This document shows positions 50,120 to 61,436 of a stretch of 64,000 nucleotides of DNA, in pieces. A model generated the notes under the pieces. The model had not been told where the DNA came from. It did not search any database and saw only the letters and a list, made by a program, of their open reading frames with translations. The DNA comes from Obrimoposthia wandeli (lineage: Eukaryota): the NCBI GenBank assembly GCA_977020255.1, contig CDROCS010000755.1, forward strand, positions 62,001 to 126,000, given 5' to 3'. A program made the translations under genes and the position numbers. Position 1 is the stretch's first letter. The number at the start of each line of letters is the position of its first letter.

Positions 50120-50977
50120 ATGAGTAGTGAGCAACAATGGTCAAAGACGCAGCTGCAAGCAGCAGCAGTAGCAGCAGCGGAGGTTCTGTACGAATCTGGC
50201 GAGTGCAGCAGCAATGCCGATTCTGGTGAGTGCGAGCTGGTGCTAGAGGAACTGGGGCAGGTACCACCATCCACCAGGAAAACGAAGAACCGGCGACGAC
50301 GTAAAAGGAAGAAGAGATTCGGCTCCACCTTCGCCAAGATCTGCAGACTGGATCGAGAGTCATCATCATCGGATGAGGCTGAGTTCAATCCCTACGTGTG
50401 TGAGGACAGAGACTGGTTGTTGCTGCCGGACGATGCGGCTGCTGCTGAGACCGATGGTGAGGCCGTGTTCGATACGCGTGCCTGGGAGTATAGCACATTC
50501 CTGGATGACCGGATGTGCGTCTTTTCTGGTGACGAGGACGCAGAAGGGATGATGAAGCAGCAGCAGCAGCAGCTGCAGCAGCACGACAACGAGAACAGCG
50601 AAGCGGAGGAGCTGAGCGGCTATTTGATAACGCTGGGCTTCAGGGCAAATTTGGTGACACGCTACTTCGAGCTGGTTTCCGGATGTAGAGACATAATTTC
50701 CGGTGACAGTGGCGATGAGGATGATGACAATAGCAGCAGCGAGATCAACGAGTTGAGTCCTAGTCGGATATCTGCACTTGAACACAGCGAGGTCAGTGAT
50801 GAGTATGACCAGGAGTCACTGCAGCTGGTAGTAGTGGAGAACTATGACGATGATGATTGGGACCAACAGAAGAGGGACGACGACAAGCATAGGATCAAGT
50901 TGTTCGGTAACCCCATCTACTCTCCGGACTACTCCCCGGTCCATGTCAGCTACGAGCAGTTCATGAACGATGTCTAG
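50120..50977 (+). CDS. Orphan acidic protein, 285 aa (basic NLS-like tract, poly-Q, UBA-like segment, C-terminal YSPDYSP)
   Basis: Uninterrupted ORF whose GC content rises sharply at the ATG and falls after the TAG, with C/G-ending codons like the CHP exons. An alternative in-frame ATG is at 50084. No family was recognised. Confidence 0.7.
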   Translation: MSSEQQWSKTQLQAAAVAAAEVLYESGECSSNADSGECELVLEELGQVPPSTRKTKNRRRRKRKKRFGSTFAKICRLDRESSSSDEAEFNPYVCEDRDWLLLPDDAAAAETDGEAVFDTRAWEYSTFLDDRMCVFSGDEDAEGMMKQQQQQLQQHDNENSEAEELSGYLITLGFRANLVTRYFELVSGCRDIISGDSGDEDDDNSSSEINELSPSRISALEHSEVSDEYDQESLQLVVVENYDDDDWDQQKRDDDKHRIKLFGNPIYSPDYSPVHVSYEQFMNDV

Positions 50978-52099
50978 CTGATCCAGATCTGGTTTTGTGT
51001 TCCTTCCTTTTTGTTAATACAGTCATTCTTAGCAGTTTGCGATTTCACAGATTAATCTTTTTTAATTATTTTCGCTTAAACTTTGTAATTCTCAATTTTC
51101 AATCACACAAAATGGGAAATGTACCATTAACTGTCTATATGAAATGCAAATTATTTATGTTAACTCACTCCGATTTTGAGAACAATGTGTAAATTAGAAA
51201 GTTATCCGAATTTAATAAAATCAAAATTTGTTAAATGAGGTCATCGAAATTATGTTTATATTTAAGTTCATGGCTGGGTAACATAAACTAACTCAAGAGA
51301 CAGAAACAACAAAATAACATTTTGCAAAAGCCACAAATTAGCTTTACTGAACAAAAATACAAGATACAAAATACTTTAAAACTACAGGTATTTCAAAAGT
51401 CGGTACAAACTGTAAATCAATTTATCTCTTATCCAAATAAAAAAACATGATTTTATTTTCTAAAGTAAAATGTATGCATATCAGTGTTTTTATTTCACAT
51501 AGATTTTTACATTAAAATATTTTCATTTTACATAAAATTATTTTTTATGATTACAACTATTTTCTATGCAAACAAAACAAATATGCAGCCAATATTTATA
51601 TTCTATACTTAAATACATCTCCATTTAACTCACACAACAATTCAGATTTGTGAAGCACGTATTTTCCAATGTATTCTGATTTAATTCTTAGATTTCAGGT
51701 CAGTTTAAAGAGTCGATTGTTTCTGAATCTTCTACAAATTATTCTTTCTCCTAAAACATTTTATTAATGAAGAGTTTTTTGATTGACTGGACGAAGTGAA
51801 GGAAATTAAAAATCTAAACTCTATCAAATATTCAGCCACCGGGGAAAAGATAAATGTATCGACAAAGCAGGTTAGGTTAGTCGAGGTGTGAGTTTTAAAA
51901 CTCTGCCAAAATTGGGCTCAAAGAAGAGTTGTAGCCTGCTAATAGATAAATTCTTTGAGAGGAAAATATTTTTAAAAACATAATTTACAATATTTGAAAA
52001 GTGAAATTTTCCGAAAAAAGCCAACCCAAAATACAGGTTTCCCCCTCTGTATCAGTCTGTGTAAACGTGCGGGTGTTGGGCTTTAGATATGTTCTAGAT

Positions 52100-52165
52100 C
52101 GGACCTGGGCAAACTACGGCCCGCAGGCCACATGCGTCCCGCTACCGTTTTTACTGCGGCCCGCT
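52100..52165 (+). mobile_element. hAT transposon 5' terminal fragment
   Basis: CGGACCTGGGCAAACTACGGCCCGCAGGCCACATGCGTCCCG is a typical hAT/Charlie end with GGCCC subterminal motifs. It is preceded by TTCTAGAT (central TA). Confidence 0.65.
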
Positions 52166-52204
52166 AACTATTTTAAATAAGAAACTATTTTACCTAACTA
52201 TTTT

Positions 52205-52403
52205 AACTATGTTACCTAACTGGTAAGGCTCCATTATCTAAATTTAGAAGACGATCTAAACTGAGAATTGCAACATAATGAAATTTTTTATTATGTTCGA
52301 GCAAAATTAAGTTGACCTGAGTCCCCTCATTTTTGCTCCTATAAATTACATCTACAAAAGGATTTTTAAAAATGTCTTCATCTGTTACATATACTGGGAT
52401 ATC

Positions 52404-52472
<69 letters not shown>

Positions 52473-53945
52473 ATCAAACATTTATTAATGTGAACGCAAT
52501 CAATTTTTCAAAGGCCCCATAGGGGCCTCTTCTACTTTACGTAGGTCCGGGTCTCTATCTTAGTATAGTTGCTGCTGGTCCTCGGTAGCAGTAACAGTAG
52601 CTGCTTGGGGTCTCGGTTTCGTCATTGGAACTTTGAGTAGGTCCGCATACTTTTTCAGTATTCTTACGTCATCGCCGGGTACAGTTTTGGGCCCCTCGGC
52701 AGTTTCGATTGTAGTGGGGCCACCTTTTCGCCCATTACCCGTAACCGACCGCAGGTCAGTTATCGGGTACGATTTCTCCTCCTGTCCATGTCGAAGTTTC
52801 GAAATCTGACCACCATTATTCAAATTTCCTAACAAATCTGTTCGATCGTTGATAAAAGGTCTCTTTTTGGTATACGAATCCGCTGCTTTCTCTAGACAAG
52901 ACTAGTAAATCTATTCCATGATACTGCAATTCATTTAAAAAAGGGGTATATTTACTGACACGCTCTCTATGCTCAGTAATAACAACCCTTTTGAAGATGG
53001 CCAACACACTATACAGAAAGCAAAGGTTATCACTGTTTTGTACATTAACAATGGAACGTGAAAGTTGAAGAGATCTAGGTGAAGGAATGTATGAACTCCC
53101 TGAAAGATATATCATGTCAGTGAATTTTGTTAGAACAAAGCTAACATCGTGAATTCTAACTAGAGTCCATCCACTACTTAACTCGCTATAATTAGCAATT
53201 TTTTCATCTAGGTTTCTTCCAATTTCAGTTACAAAATTATCATAGAAAACAGTTGCTTTATGTGAAATTACCCAAGTTTTTGTCTCCTCATTGACATTTT
53301 TAAACTGCACTGTTGCGCAAAATTGAACCTTAGCCTGTCCTAATTTAGTCACTTCTGATTTTAAAAGATTTTCAATATTTGAATCTACACCTACGTTTAA
53401 TAAAATTTCATTTCCTAATGGCACCTTAACTATAACATATTTATTATTTAGGTGATACTCTATATAAGTACCGTTTTCTCTACGTTTTTAGGGTGGGACC
53501 TTATTAAGAAATTGGCCTCGCCTCTTTCTTCCTACAGTCGCTGACAAACCTCCCCCTAATTGAACAGGAAGACAACTATTTATATTAAATGTCGATGTTG
53601 AGGCAATCGCAGCTGTAGTAGACGATGCTGCCGCAAATGATGAGTCAATGGCAGTTGTAGTAGCTGCATTTGAAGTTGGAGTAGCTGAAGTAGTCGCTTG
53701 CATTGCCGATGAAGAAGCGGCTGTTGTAGAGGTTGATGCTGCTGAAATAAATATATTAAAAAAATTATTATCTCTAAGGCGTGCTAACATCGATGTAGGC
53801 ACTCGCGATGGTGGAGTCATAGCTGTCGTAGCGAAAGACGGCTGTATGAAGGTAGTCACTGGCATTGCCGATGAAGAAGCGGCTATTTTAGAGGTTGTTG
53901 CTGTTGAAATAAATATATTAAAAAATAAAATTATTTTTAAAAATT
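52205..53945 (-). pseudogene. Second pPolB, N-terminal fragment (inverted, divergent relative)
   Basis: KVQFCATVQF, SGWTL, GSSYIPSP...IVNVQNSDNLCFLYSVL and LILLEHNKKFHYVAILSLDRLLN parallel 13829-14480. Upstream is an Ala/Thr/Ser-rich tract with QLGGG and RKRR. Confidence 0.88.
52406..52470. repeat. (TAT)n microsatellite
   Basis: Perfect trinucleotide run. Confidence 0.98.
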
Positions 53946-53952
53946 ATGACCT

Positions 53953-54127
53953 CTAAGACGTCAGATCAAGAGACATCGAAAAACAAACACCTTCAGATAA
54001 GCATTGAGACAGGCAACTATAACATTAAGTAGGCCACAACCATCTTTAAGTCCTGCTTCTATAAGAACTCACGTTGGGGCCCTCCACATTCAAGAGGATC
54101 TATAAGTTTCATATAGAAACGCCAACA
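53953..54127 (+). mobile_element. 3' fragment of the solo-LTR family, copy C
   Basis: Nearly identical to 5790-5960 (CACCTTCAGATAAG...GAACTCACGTTGGGGCCCTCC...GAAACGCCAACA). Confidence 0.9.
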
Positions 54128-56416
54128 GAAGGAATGTAGAAGGAATAGATAAAATGCTTAAATATTGGCTTTGGAACGATAATATTGATGACTTCGATTA
54201 AACTCTCTTTGAAAATAACTTATTTACTATGTATTAATGAAATCGTTAATTTTCATTCAATGTCTTAATATTAATTGATTAAAAGTATTTTTAATGTCTA
54301 ATGAAGATAGAATCCATTTATATGAACCAAAACTATTAATAGTAATCATAAAGATTTCACCCGATTATTTATAAAAATATGATGACTTTATCAATACTCA
54401 GAAGTTGTTTCTTTAAGTTTTCCTTAATACTTATTGACTTATAAGTAGCTATTTACAACATCATTGATTATTTTCAACTATAAAATCAATAATTGTGAAT
54501 ATGCCCACTAATCGTTATTACTCAATATCTAACCTAAACCTCTAACTTCTAATACTCTAATTCTAATATTCTAATTCTAACACTAACATCATTTTCCAAA
54601 ATATATGCGAAAAATTTACAAGAAGATGGTAAAAGTTTGAATAATATCTCTGCTTTTGTAAAATTGTCTTCGTTATGACCGAAATATGAGTAAAATACTT
54701 ATGATTAATTTTTGGTATAACTCGCTTTGAAGCAGTATAAAGCTGAAATTCAATATGATTGCTTATATCTTTTTTCTTCAATTTGTCTTTTATAACCATT
54801 CTATGCATTAATATTTCTTCTATAACCTTCTAAATACCTCGTAAATTTCCTCTTCTATGTAATAAACTTCCTAAATTCCATTCCTAAATCTCTTAAATAA
54901 ATCACATCAATTTCACTTCATAATCCAATCTAGGCTATATTTTTGATAACTCCTAAAAGTAACGTTAATTTCTTCTCTGAACCGCTACTTATCTTTAATC
55001 TTTTATGTATTAATTACTCTTCTAGAGAACCTTTTGAACAAATTGTGAGTTTCTCTTCTAAAACTCTATCCATTATTTTCTATTCTTAAACCTTATAAAC
55101 GCCCATATCATATCTCATCTAAATGTAACAAATCTCATGCATCTTCTTTATTTATCTTATAGAACCTTTTATGTATAATTTCTTTACTAGACTGATTTAT
55201 TTGAAGTAATAAATCGACTGGTTGTTGATGTTTGAAAATAAGTTTCCATAATATTGATAACATCAATGAATCAATAAGCTTGTAGAGTTTTGCAAGAATT
55301 TTCTTGTTTGATATATCGATCAATGAAAAATTATTTTTTGAGAATATAGTTATCAATAGACTCAAGTAATATGAATAAATTATGACTGAGATAAATACAT
55401 ACTCTAAACATTATTGAATAAATTATATCAATAAATGATACTTGAAAATAATTTTAGGTTTAAATGAATCGAAAGAGAGAATATAATTTAATCCATTTCT
55501 AGTCCTGATGTAATAATTTCAAAACAAAATGTTCCAATATAGTATTGATATCCGATGTTTACTAGTGATAATTTAATTAATTATTTATTACATAGATTAA
55601 TTTCCTTAAATAAGCTAATCTTCAAACAATATTCTTTGAAACTAATCATTTTTTATTAACAAAACTTTTATAGATTCTTTTACAAAAAAACTTTTTTTAA
55701 AAGAAAGTAGAGAACATTTTAGATTTAATGAATCATTTTGAAATTTAATAAAATTCTTAGTTAAAGATGCAGATTAATAATATACTCTTGATCGTAAATT
55801 GACTAATTGATCAAAGTAATCTCTCTAATTATCCGTATAATTGTCCGTAATAAACTCTCGCTTATTGATCATTATATACTCTCTTCAAATTATATATTTA
55901 TTACACGGAGGAATCCTTTAAATATGTTGAAGAGAAATCCTATTAGTGCATCTACCATATAAGAAACCATGAAAACTTTATTGACGCGCTGGCACATAAG
56001 AATCGTCAGTAAATACAACTTATTTGTTCTGAAAGTAATTTTAACCTTAAACTAAAATCAAAGAAAATTTATAGAAATATGGGTAAATTCATTGAAAAAT
56101 GATCAATTATTTGCATTATATTTTGCATTATTCTAAAAATCCTTGGTAAATGTATCTTCTAATCTATAAATTGACTGAAAATCGAACTTTCTAATTCGAA
56201 ATTTACATTATTCAGAAAAATTACACAGTAAATACATTTGTCAACTAAAATCCTTATAAATGATATGAGATTCAACTTTGCATCTTAATTTACATTATTC
56301 TGAAATATACACGATAAAATGTATTCTAAAATCCATAAATATAAACATAAAATGATTAAAAATCGAACTTTTTATATCCAAATTAGAATTTTTTTCTAAA
56401 GTGTCATAATGTAGAC

Positions 56417-56857
56417 GTGCAAGCTACACTGTTGTCTGCAATGATTTCAGATGGATTATTAGACACATCAAAATTTTCTATAAACCACCCTTTAGCCAAT
56501 ACTGCGATAGGCAAGTTTAAAGATGAGAGTAAGCTATGTAGATATAAGCAATGGGTATTTTTACGCTCCAAATCATATAGCTTAGAAACTATAGACGGAA
56601 AGTTCCAGATGAGAGCAAAGGGAATTAGCCTTAAGCAGACTGTGCTACGCCATGCGAATTATTTAGCTGCATATGATAGTGGGGTTAGTGAACGAGTGCA
56701 ACAACAACGCATTAGTTCAATTAATCACCAGCTCTATACCATAAATAGGAGTAAGATCGCATTGAGTAGCAATGACGATGAGAGAAAATGGGTAGAGAAA
56801 AACCAGTCAGTTGTCTACGGACATCATAGATATCCAGATGATTTTTCACTTGAATAA
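56417..56857 (+). pseudogene. pPolB C-terminal fragment (open frame, 5'-truncated)
   Basis: Homologous to 16660-17162 but uninterrupted; begins just after where motif C would lie. Confidence 0.9.
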
Positions 56858-57419
56858 TTGTTTTTGTATGTTTGAATTTGTATGTCACAAATTTATTGTA
56901 CCTAATTTTCTCTTTGGTTTAATAAATATTTGTATCCAATTCGTCTTTTTCTAAGTTTAAAATTCTAAAGTATAAAAGTTCTGTGTAAAATTTTAATTCT
57001 AAAGTATAAAAGTTCTGTGTAAAATTATTTTTTTAAACTATAAAAATTGTTGTAAAAAATAATGTTGGAAATTTTATTTTTAAACTATAAAAATTTTGTA
57101 AACAATTTTATTTTAATTTAAAATTTTTTTTGTTTAAAAACTATTTTGAAAATTTTAAATTTGGCGCAAAAAAAATTGCGTCTTATTCAAATAATTTATT
57201 TTTTGTAATGTTTTTTCGTGCCTGTAGATCAAAAATGAAGCCCGCCCCAAAGGGGCGGGTGGTGTATGTTAGGGTCTTGGGTATGACACGGGTCGTTTAC
57301 ATGTGTAGTTGTGAGAGGTAAAGTGATACTGTAGCGCATGTTTTTGTAGTTATTTTCGCGAGAATGGAGACCGCCCCTAAGGGGCGGGCGGTGGGTGGAG
57401 TGTTTTGGTGGTGTTATTT

Positions 57420-57735
57420 GTGGTGTGGTGTGGCGTAGTGTGGTGTGGTGTGGCGTGGTGTGGTGTGGCGTGGTGTGGCGTGGTGTGGCGTGGCGTGGTG
57501 TGGCGTGGCGTGGCGTGGTGTGGTGTGGTGTTTCGGTGGTGTTGTTTGTGGTGTGGTGTGGTGTGGCGTGGTGTGGCGTGGCGTAGTGTGGCGTGGTGTG
57601 GTGTGGTGTGGTGTGGTGTGGCGTGGTGTGGCGTGGCGTGGTGTGGTGTGGTGTGGCGTGGTGTGGTGTTGTGTGGTGTGGCGTGGTGTTGTGTGGCGTG
57701 GTGTGGTGTGGTGTGGTGTGGTGTGGCGTGGTGTA
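57420..57735. repeat. (GGTGT/GGCGT)n pentamer microsatellite
   Basis: Read directly; flanked by GC hairpin motifs at 57241, 57371 and 57745. Confidence 0.97.
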
Positions 57736-57838
57736 GAGAATAGAGCCCGCCTCGAAGGGGCGGGTGGTTGTCGGTGGATGTTTCCATCCAACACCCATCG
57801 ACTTTCACCCATCACCCGAGGTAGTCAGTGATATACAC

Positions 57839-59310
57839 GAGAGCGAGACATATGTACATCGCCAAGCTAGTCTGTGACCTATATGACAGCGAGACATCCG
57901 TACATCGCCAAGCTAGTCTGTGACATATATGAGAGCGAGACATCCGTACATCGCAGAGCTAGTCTGTGACATATATGAGAGTGAGACATCCGTAAATCGC
58001 AGAGCTGGTCTGTGACATATATGAGAGCGAGACATCCGTACATCGCAGAGCTAGTCTGTGACATATATGAGAGCGAGACATCCGTACATCGCAGAGTTGG
58101 TCTGTGACATATATGAGAGTGAGATATCCTTAAATCGCAGAGCTGGTCTGTGACATATATGAGAGCGAGACATCCGTACATCGCAGAGCTAGTCTGTGAC
58201 ATATATGAGAGCGAGACATCCGTACATCGCAGAGTTGGTCTGTGACATATATGAGAGTGAGACATCCGTACATCGCAGAGCTAGTCTGTGACATATATGA
58301 GAGTGAGACATCCGTAAATCGCAGAGCTGGTCTGTGACATATATGAGAGCGAGACATCCGTACATCGCAGAGCTAGTCTGTGACATATATGAGAGCGAGA
58401 CATCCGTACATCGCAGAGCTAGTCTGTGACATATATGAGAGCGAGACATCCGTACATCGCAGAGCTGGTCTGTGACATATATGAGAGCGAGACATCCGTA
58501 CATCGCAGAGCTGGTCTGTGACATATATGAGAGCGAGACATCCGTACATCGCAGAGCTAGTCTGTGACCTATATGACAGCGAGACATCCGTACATCGCCA
58601 AGCTAGTCTGTGACATATATGAGAGCGAGACATCCGTACATCGCAGAGCTAGTCTGTGACATATATGAGAGTGAGACATCCGTAAATCGCAGAGCTGGTC
58701 TGTGACATATATGAGAGCGAGACATCCGTACATCGCAGAGCTAGTCTGTGACATATATGAGAGCGAGACATCCGTACATCGCAGAGTTGGTCTGTGACAT
58801 ATATGAGAGTGAGATATCCGTAAATCGCAGAGCTGGTCTGTGACATATATGAGAGCGAGACATCCGTACATCGCAGAGCTAGTCTGTGACATATATGAGA
58901 GCGAGACATCCGTACATCGCAGAGTTGGTCTGTGACATATATGAGAGTGAGACATCCGTACATCGCAGAGCTAGTCTGTGACATATATGAGAGTGAGACA
59001 TCCGTAAATCGCAGAGCTGGTCTGTGACATATATGAGAGCGAGACATCCGTACATCGCAGAGCTAGTCTGTGACATATATGAGAGCGAGACATCCGTACA
59101 TCGCAGAGCTAGTCTGTGACATATATGAGAGCGAGACATCCGTACATCGCAGAGCTGGTCTGTGACATATATGAGAGCGAGACATCCGTACATCGCAGAG
59201 CTAGTCTGTGACATATATGAGAGCGAGACATCCGTACATCGCAGAGCTGGTCTGTGACATATATGAGAGCGAGACATCCGTACATCGCAGAGCTAGTCTG
59301 TGACCTCTAT
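57839..59310. repeat. 32 x 46-bp tandem repeat with 15-unit (690-bp) higher-order period
   Basis: Unit GAGAGCGAGACATCCGTACATCGCAGAGCTAGTCTGTGACATATAT. The variant unit GACAGC...CGCCAAGC occurs at 57885 and 58575, and ORF-track peptides recur at a 690-nt offset. Confidence 0.97.
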
Positions 59311-59371
59311 CAGTCCCGAGCCTTTCGCGCCTGAAGGCGCGAAAAATTTGTAGAGGGGGGGAGACCCCCCT

Positions 59372-59466
59372 TGTCCTTTAAAACCGTGCATGTGTGTGGA
59401 GTGAAATTTCTCTTCACACACATGCATGAAATTTCACTCCACACACATGCACGGTTTTAAAGGACA
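59372..59466. repeat. Perfect 39-bp inverted repeat with 17-nt loop
   Basis: 59372-59410 TGTCCTTTAAAACCGTGCATGTGTGTGGAGTGAAATTTC is the exact reverse complement of 59428-59466. Confidence 0.97.
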
Positions 59467-61120
59467 GTGGGGGAGGGGGTGTGGATTAGACCAGACACAT
59501 CCACCTACTACTAGCGTATAGTTTAATGTTCTCCCTAGTAAATTAAAGATTCGGTTTAATGTTCCTTAGTTGAGAACGTCACTAATAACTTTAATTTATC
59601 TATACACAAACTTGGAATTGTTTACTGTTTACTGAATTCAAAAAATGCAAAATTGAAGTTGTTTACTCACCAAGATCTCTTTTCAAAATCGTTCCACGTC
59701 TGAATAAGTCCACTTTGGTTCGGCTGATTTTGCCTCTGTCCAATATCCAATGGATTCCGTTTCTAGGTTCTATATTATAATTTTTCTCTATAGTCGAATT
59801 TACCTTGCTTTTATTTGGCCAATTTTATCTGGGTAATTTGTGTTTCAAATTGCTTTATAACCGAACTTGTGTTTCAAACTTTATCTCCGTGACTTATTTT
59901 CGACTTTGAATTATCTGCGACTGATTTTATTTTTTAAAGTTTTTTAATTATTTTTAATTCTATTAAACCTTCAATTTAATGCTTAATTTTTCTATAAATA
60001 GTTATTATTTTAATTCCATTTTACAAATTTCCTAATCTTAACAAGTACAAAAAATGAGATTCAAATACAAGGTCACGTAAATACTTCTAAATCATATGTA
60101 AGTTTACAAAATAATTGAGATTGTTACAAATGATTTTATGCAGAAATTTAGGGCTTCTAAGACTGGATCAATGTATGTCAATATTTTCTCAACAAGATCT
60201 TTTCCTTTCATTTTTTTAAAAGATCTGCTTAATCTAGTAAATTAGTATTTGTTTTGGAGTTCAGAGGAACAAAATTTGAACAAATATTTCTATTTAAATT
60301 CAAAAAACAAAATTAGTTCCTGTTCCAGCGATTCGTTCTTTGTCGTTTGAGTCTTTGATCTTGTTGTAAGCTGAATCTTCTGATGAGAGCTTCGATTGTA
60401 GCAATTTCATTATTCTAAAATGTTCTGGTGTGATCTTCGCTGGTAGTAGTTTCTTGTATTGAAATTGCTTTCACTATTCTTCTCTACCTTTTATAATTTT
60501 TCTCAATCCCTTTGTTAGATTTAGGAATTGAGAAATTATTAAAAAATTAAATAATTTATACTAAAATAAAATCCTTGAAAGCAAGGTTGAAAATTAAATA
60601 TTTAAAATTAAGTTAAAATATTAGAGGATAAAATCAGGGGTAAATATTAATAGGACCACGAAGGTCGTGTGTAGTGTGTTGTATATATAAGTTAATATTA
60701 AAGTACAAATAGGTATAAGAATCAATTAAGGCAAAAATAATAAGCAAGCAAAAAAGGAAGAAGAAAAATAACAGTAGAAAAGCAATCAGAAAAACAGAAG
60801 AAATCGTCGACGTCAGCAGCCACGTCGAGCCAGTAGAAGTAAGCACATTTAGTGCCAATCATTTAATTGTCTGCACAGGAAGTCCGAGGAAAGTAATCAA
60901 CGGCAGAAAATTGAAGATCGGCAGGTGAAGCAGATCCAGCCTATATAAGGAAATTTCCCTACAGACAAAAGAACACACACACGCGGAAAAATCATTATCT
61001 GGCAGCGAGAAATTTAGTCGAGACAACGACACAGAGAAAAAACAGGAAGAAGACATCTGGTAAGCGCTTCTTATTTTGAGCCTAGATTGATCCGACATTT
61101 TTGTAGATTCCTGAAATTTG

Positions 61121-61337
61121 CCGATATATTGAAATCTGCCAACATATTGAAATCTGCCAACATATTGAAATCTGCCAACATATTGAAATCTGCCAACATA
61201 TTGAAAATTTGCCAACATAATTGAAATCCAGTTTTCTCCACTGAATCCAGCGCTCTCAACCAAATCCAGTTTTCTCCACTGAATCCAGCGCTCTCAACCA
61301 AATCCAGTTTTCTCCACTGAATCCAGCGCTCTCAACC
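61121..61337. repeat. 18-bp (CATATTGAAATCTGCCAA, ~5-6 copies) and 38-bp (x3, 61224-61337) tandem arrays in LTR copy D
   Basis: Read directly. Confidence 0.95.
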
Positions 61338-61436
61338 GAATCGCAGTCGGACCAGAACCGGAACGGATACAGATCTTGACCGAACCCAGGCTTGGATTAG
61401 ACGACTCCAGCACTATTGGTGAGAACGTAATAACAT

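Larger units (their letters stand above)
56401..59512 (+). mobile_element. Right arm of a further Polinton: pPolB C-terminus plus long subterminal/terminal repeat region
   Basis: ORF 56417..56857 (DTSKFSINHPL...IGKFKDE...FLRSKSYS...RAKGI...LSSNDDER...VYGH) followed by repeats. It ends ...CCACCTACTACT, the reverse complement of the AGTAGT Polinton terminus. Confidence 0.8.

Noticed and set aside
50101-50785. Minus-strand ORFs overlapping the acidic ORF
   Set aside because: Antisense shadows of a GC-rich coding frame with CAG/GAT repeats.
52212-52481. Poly-Asn protein
   Set aside because: The Asn run is an (AAT)n microsatellite; the remainder is a pPolB fragment.
54540-55400. Possible non-LTR (R1-like) C-terminal remnant
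   Set aside because: A single degenerate LLHRRGNLRGI similarity amid many stops; too weak to call.
57229-59277. ORFs rich in TTPHH, VVWCG and MSRSHICHR
   Set aside because: They are translations of the pentamer microsatellite and the 46-bp satellite, open in several frames and on both strands.
57839-59310. CRISPR-like array
   Set aside because: Units are contiguous near-identical 46-mers with no unique spacers, there are no cas genes, and the context is eukaryotic.
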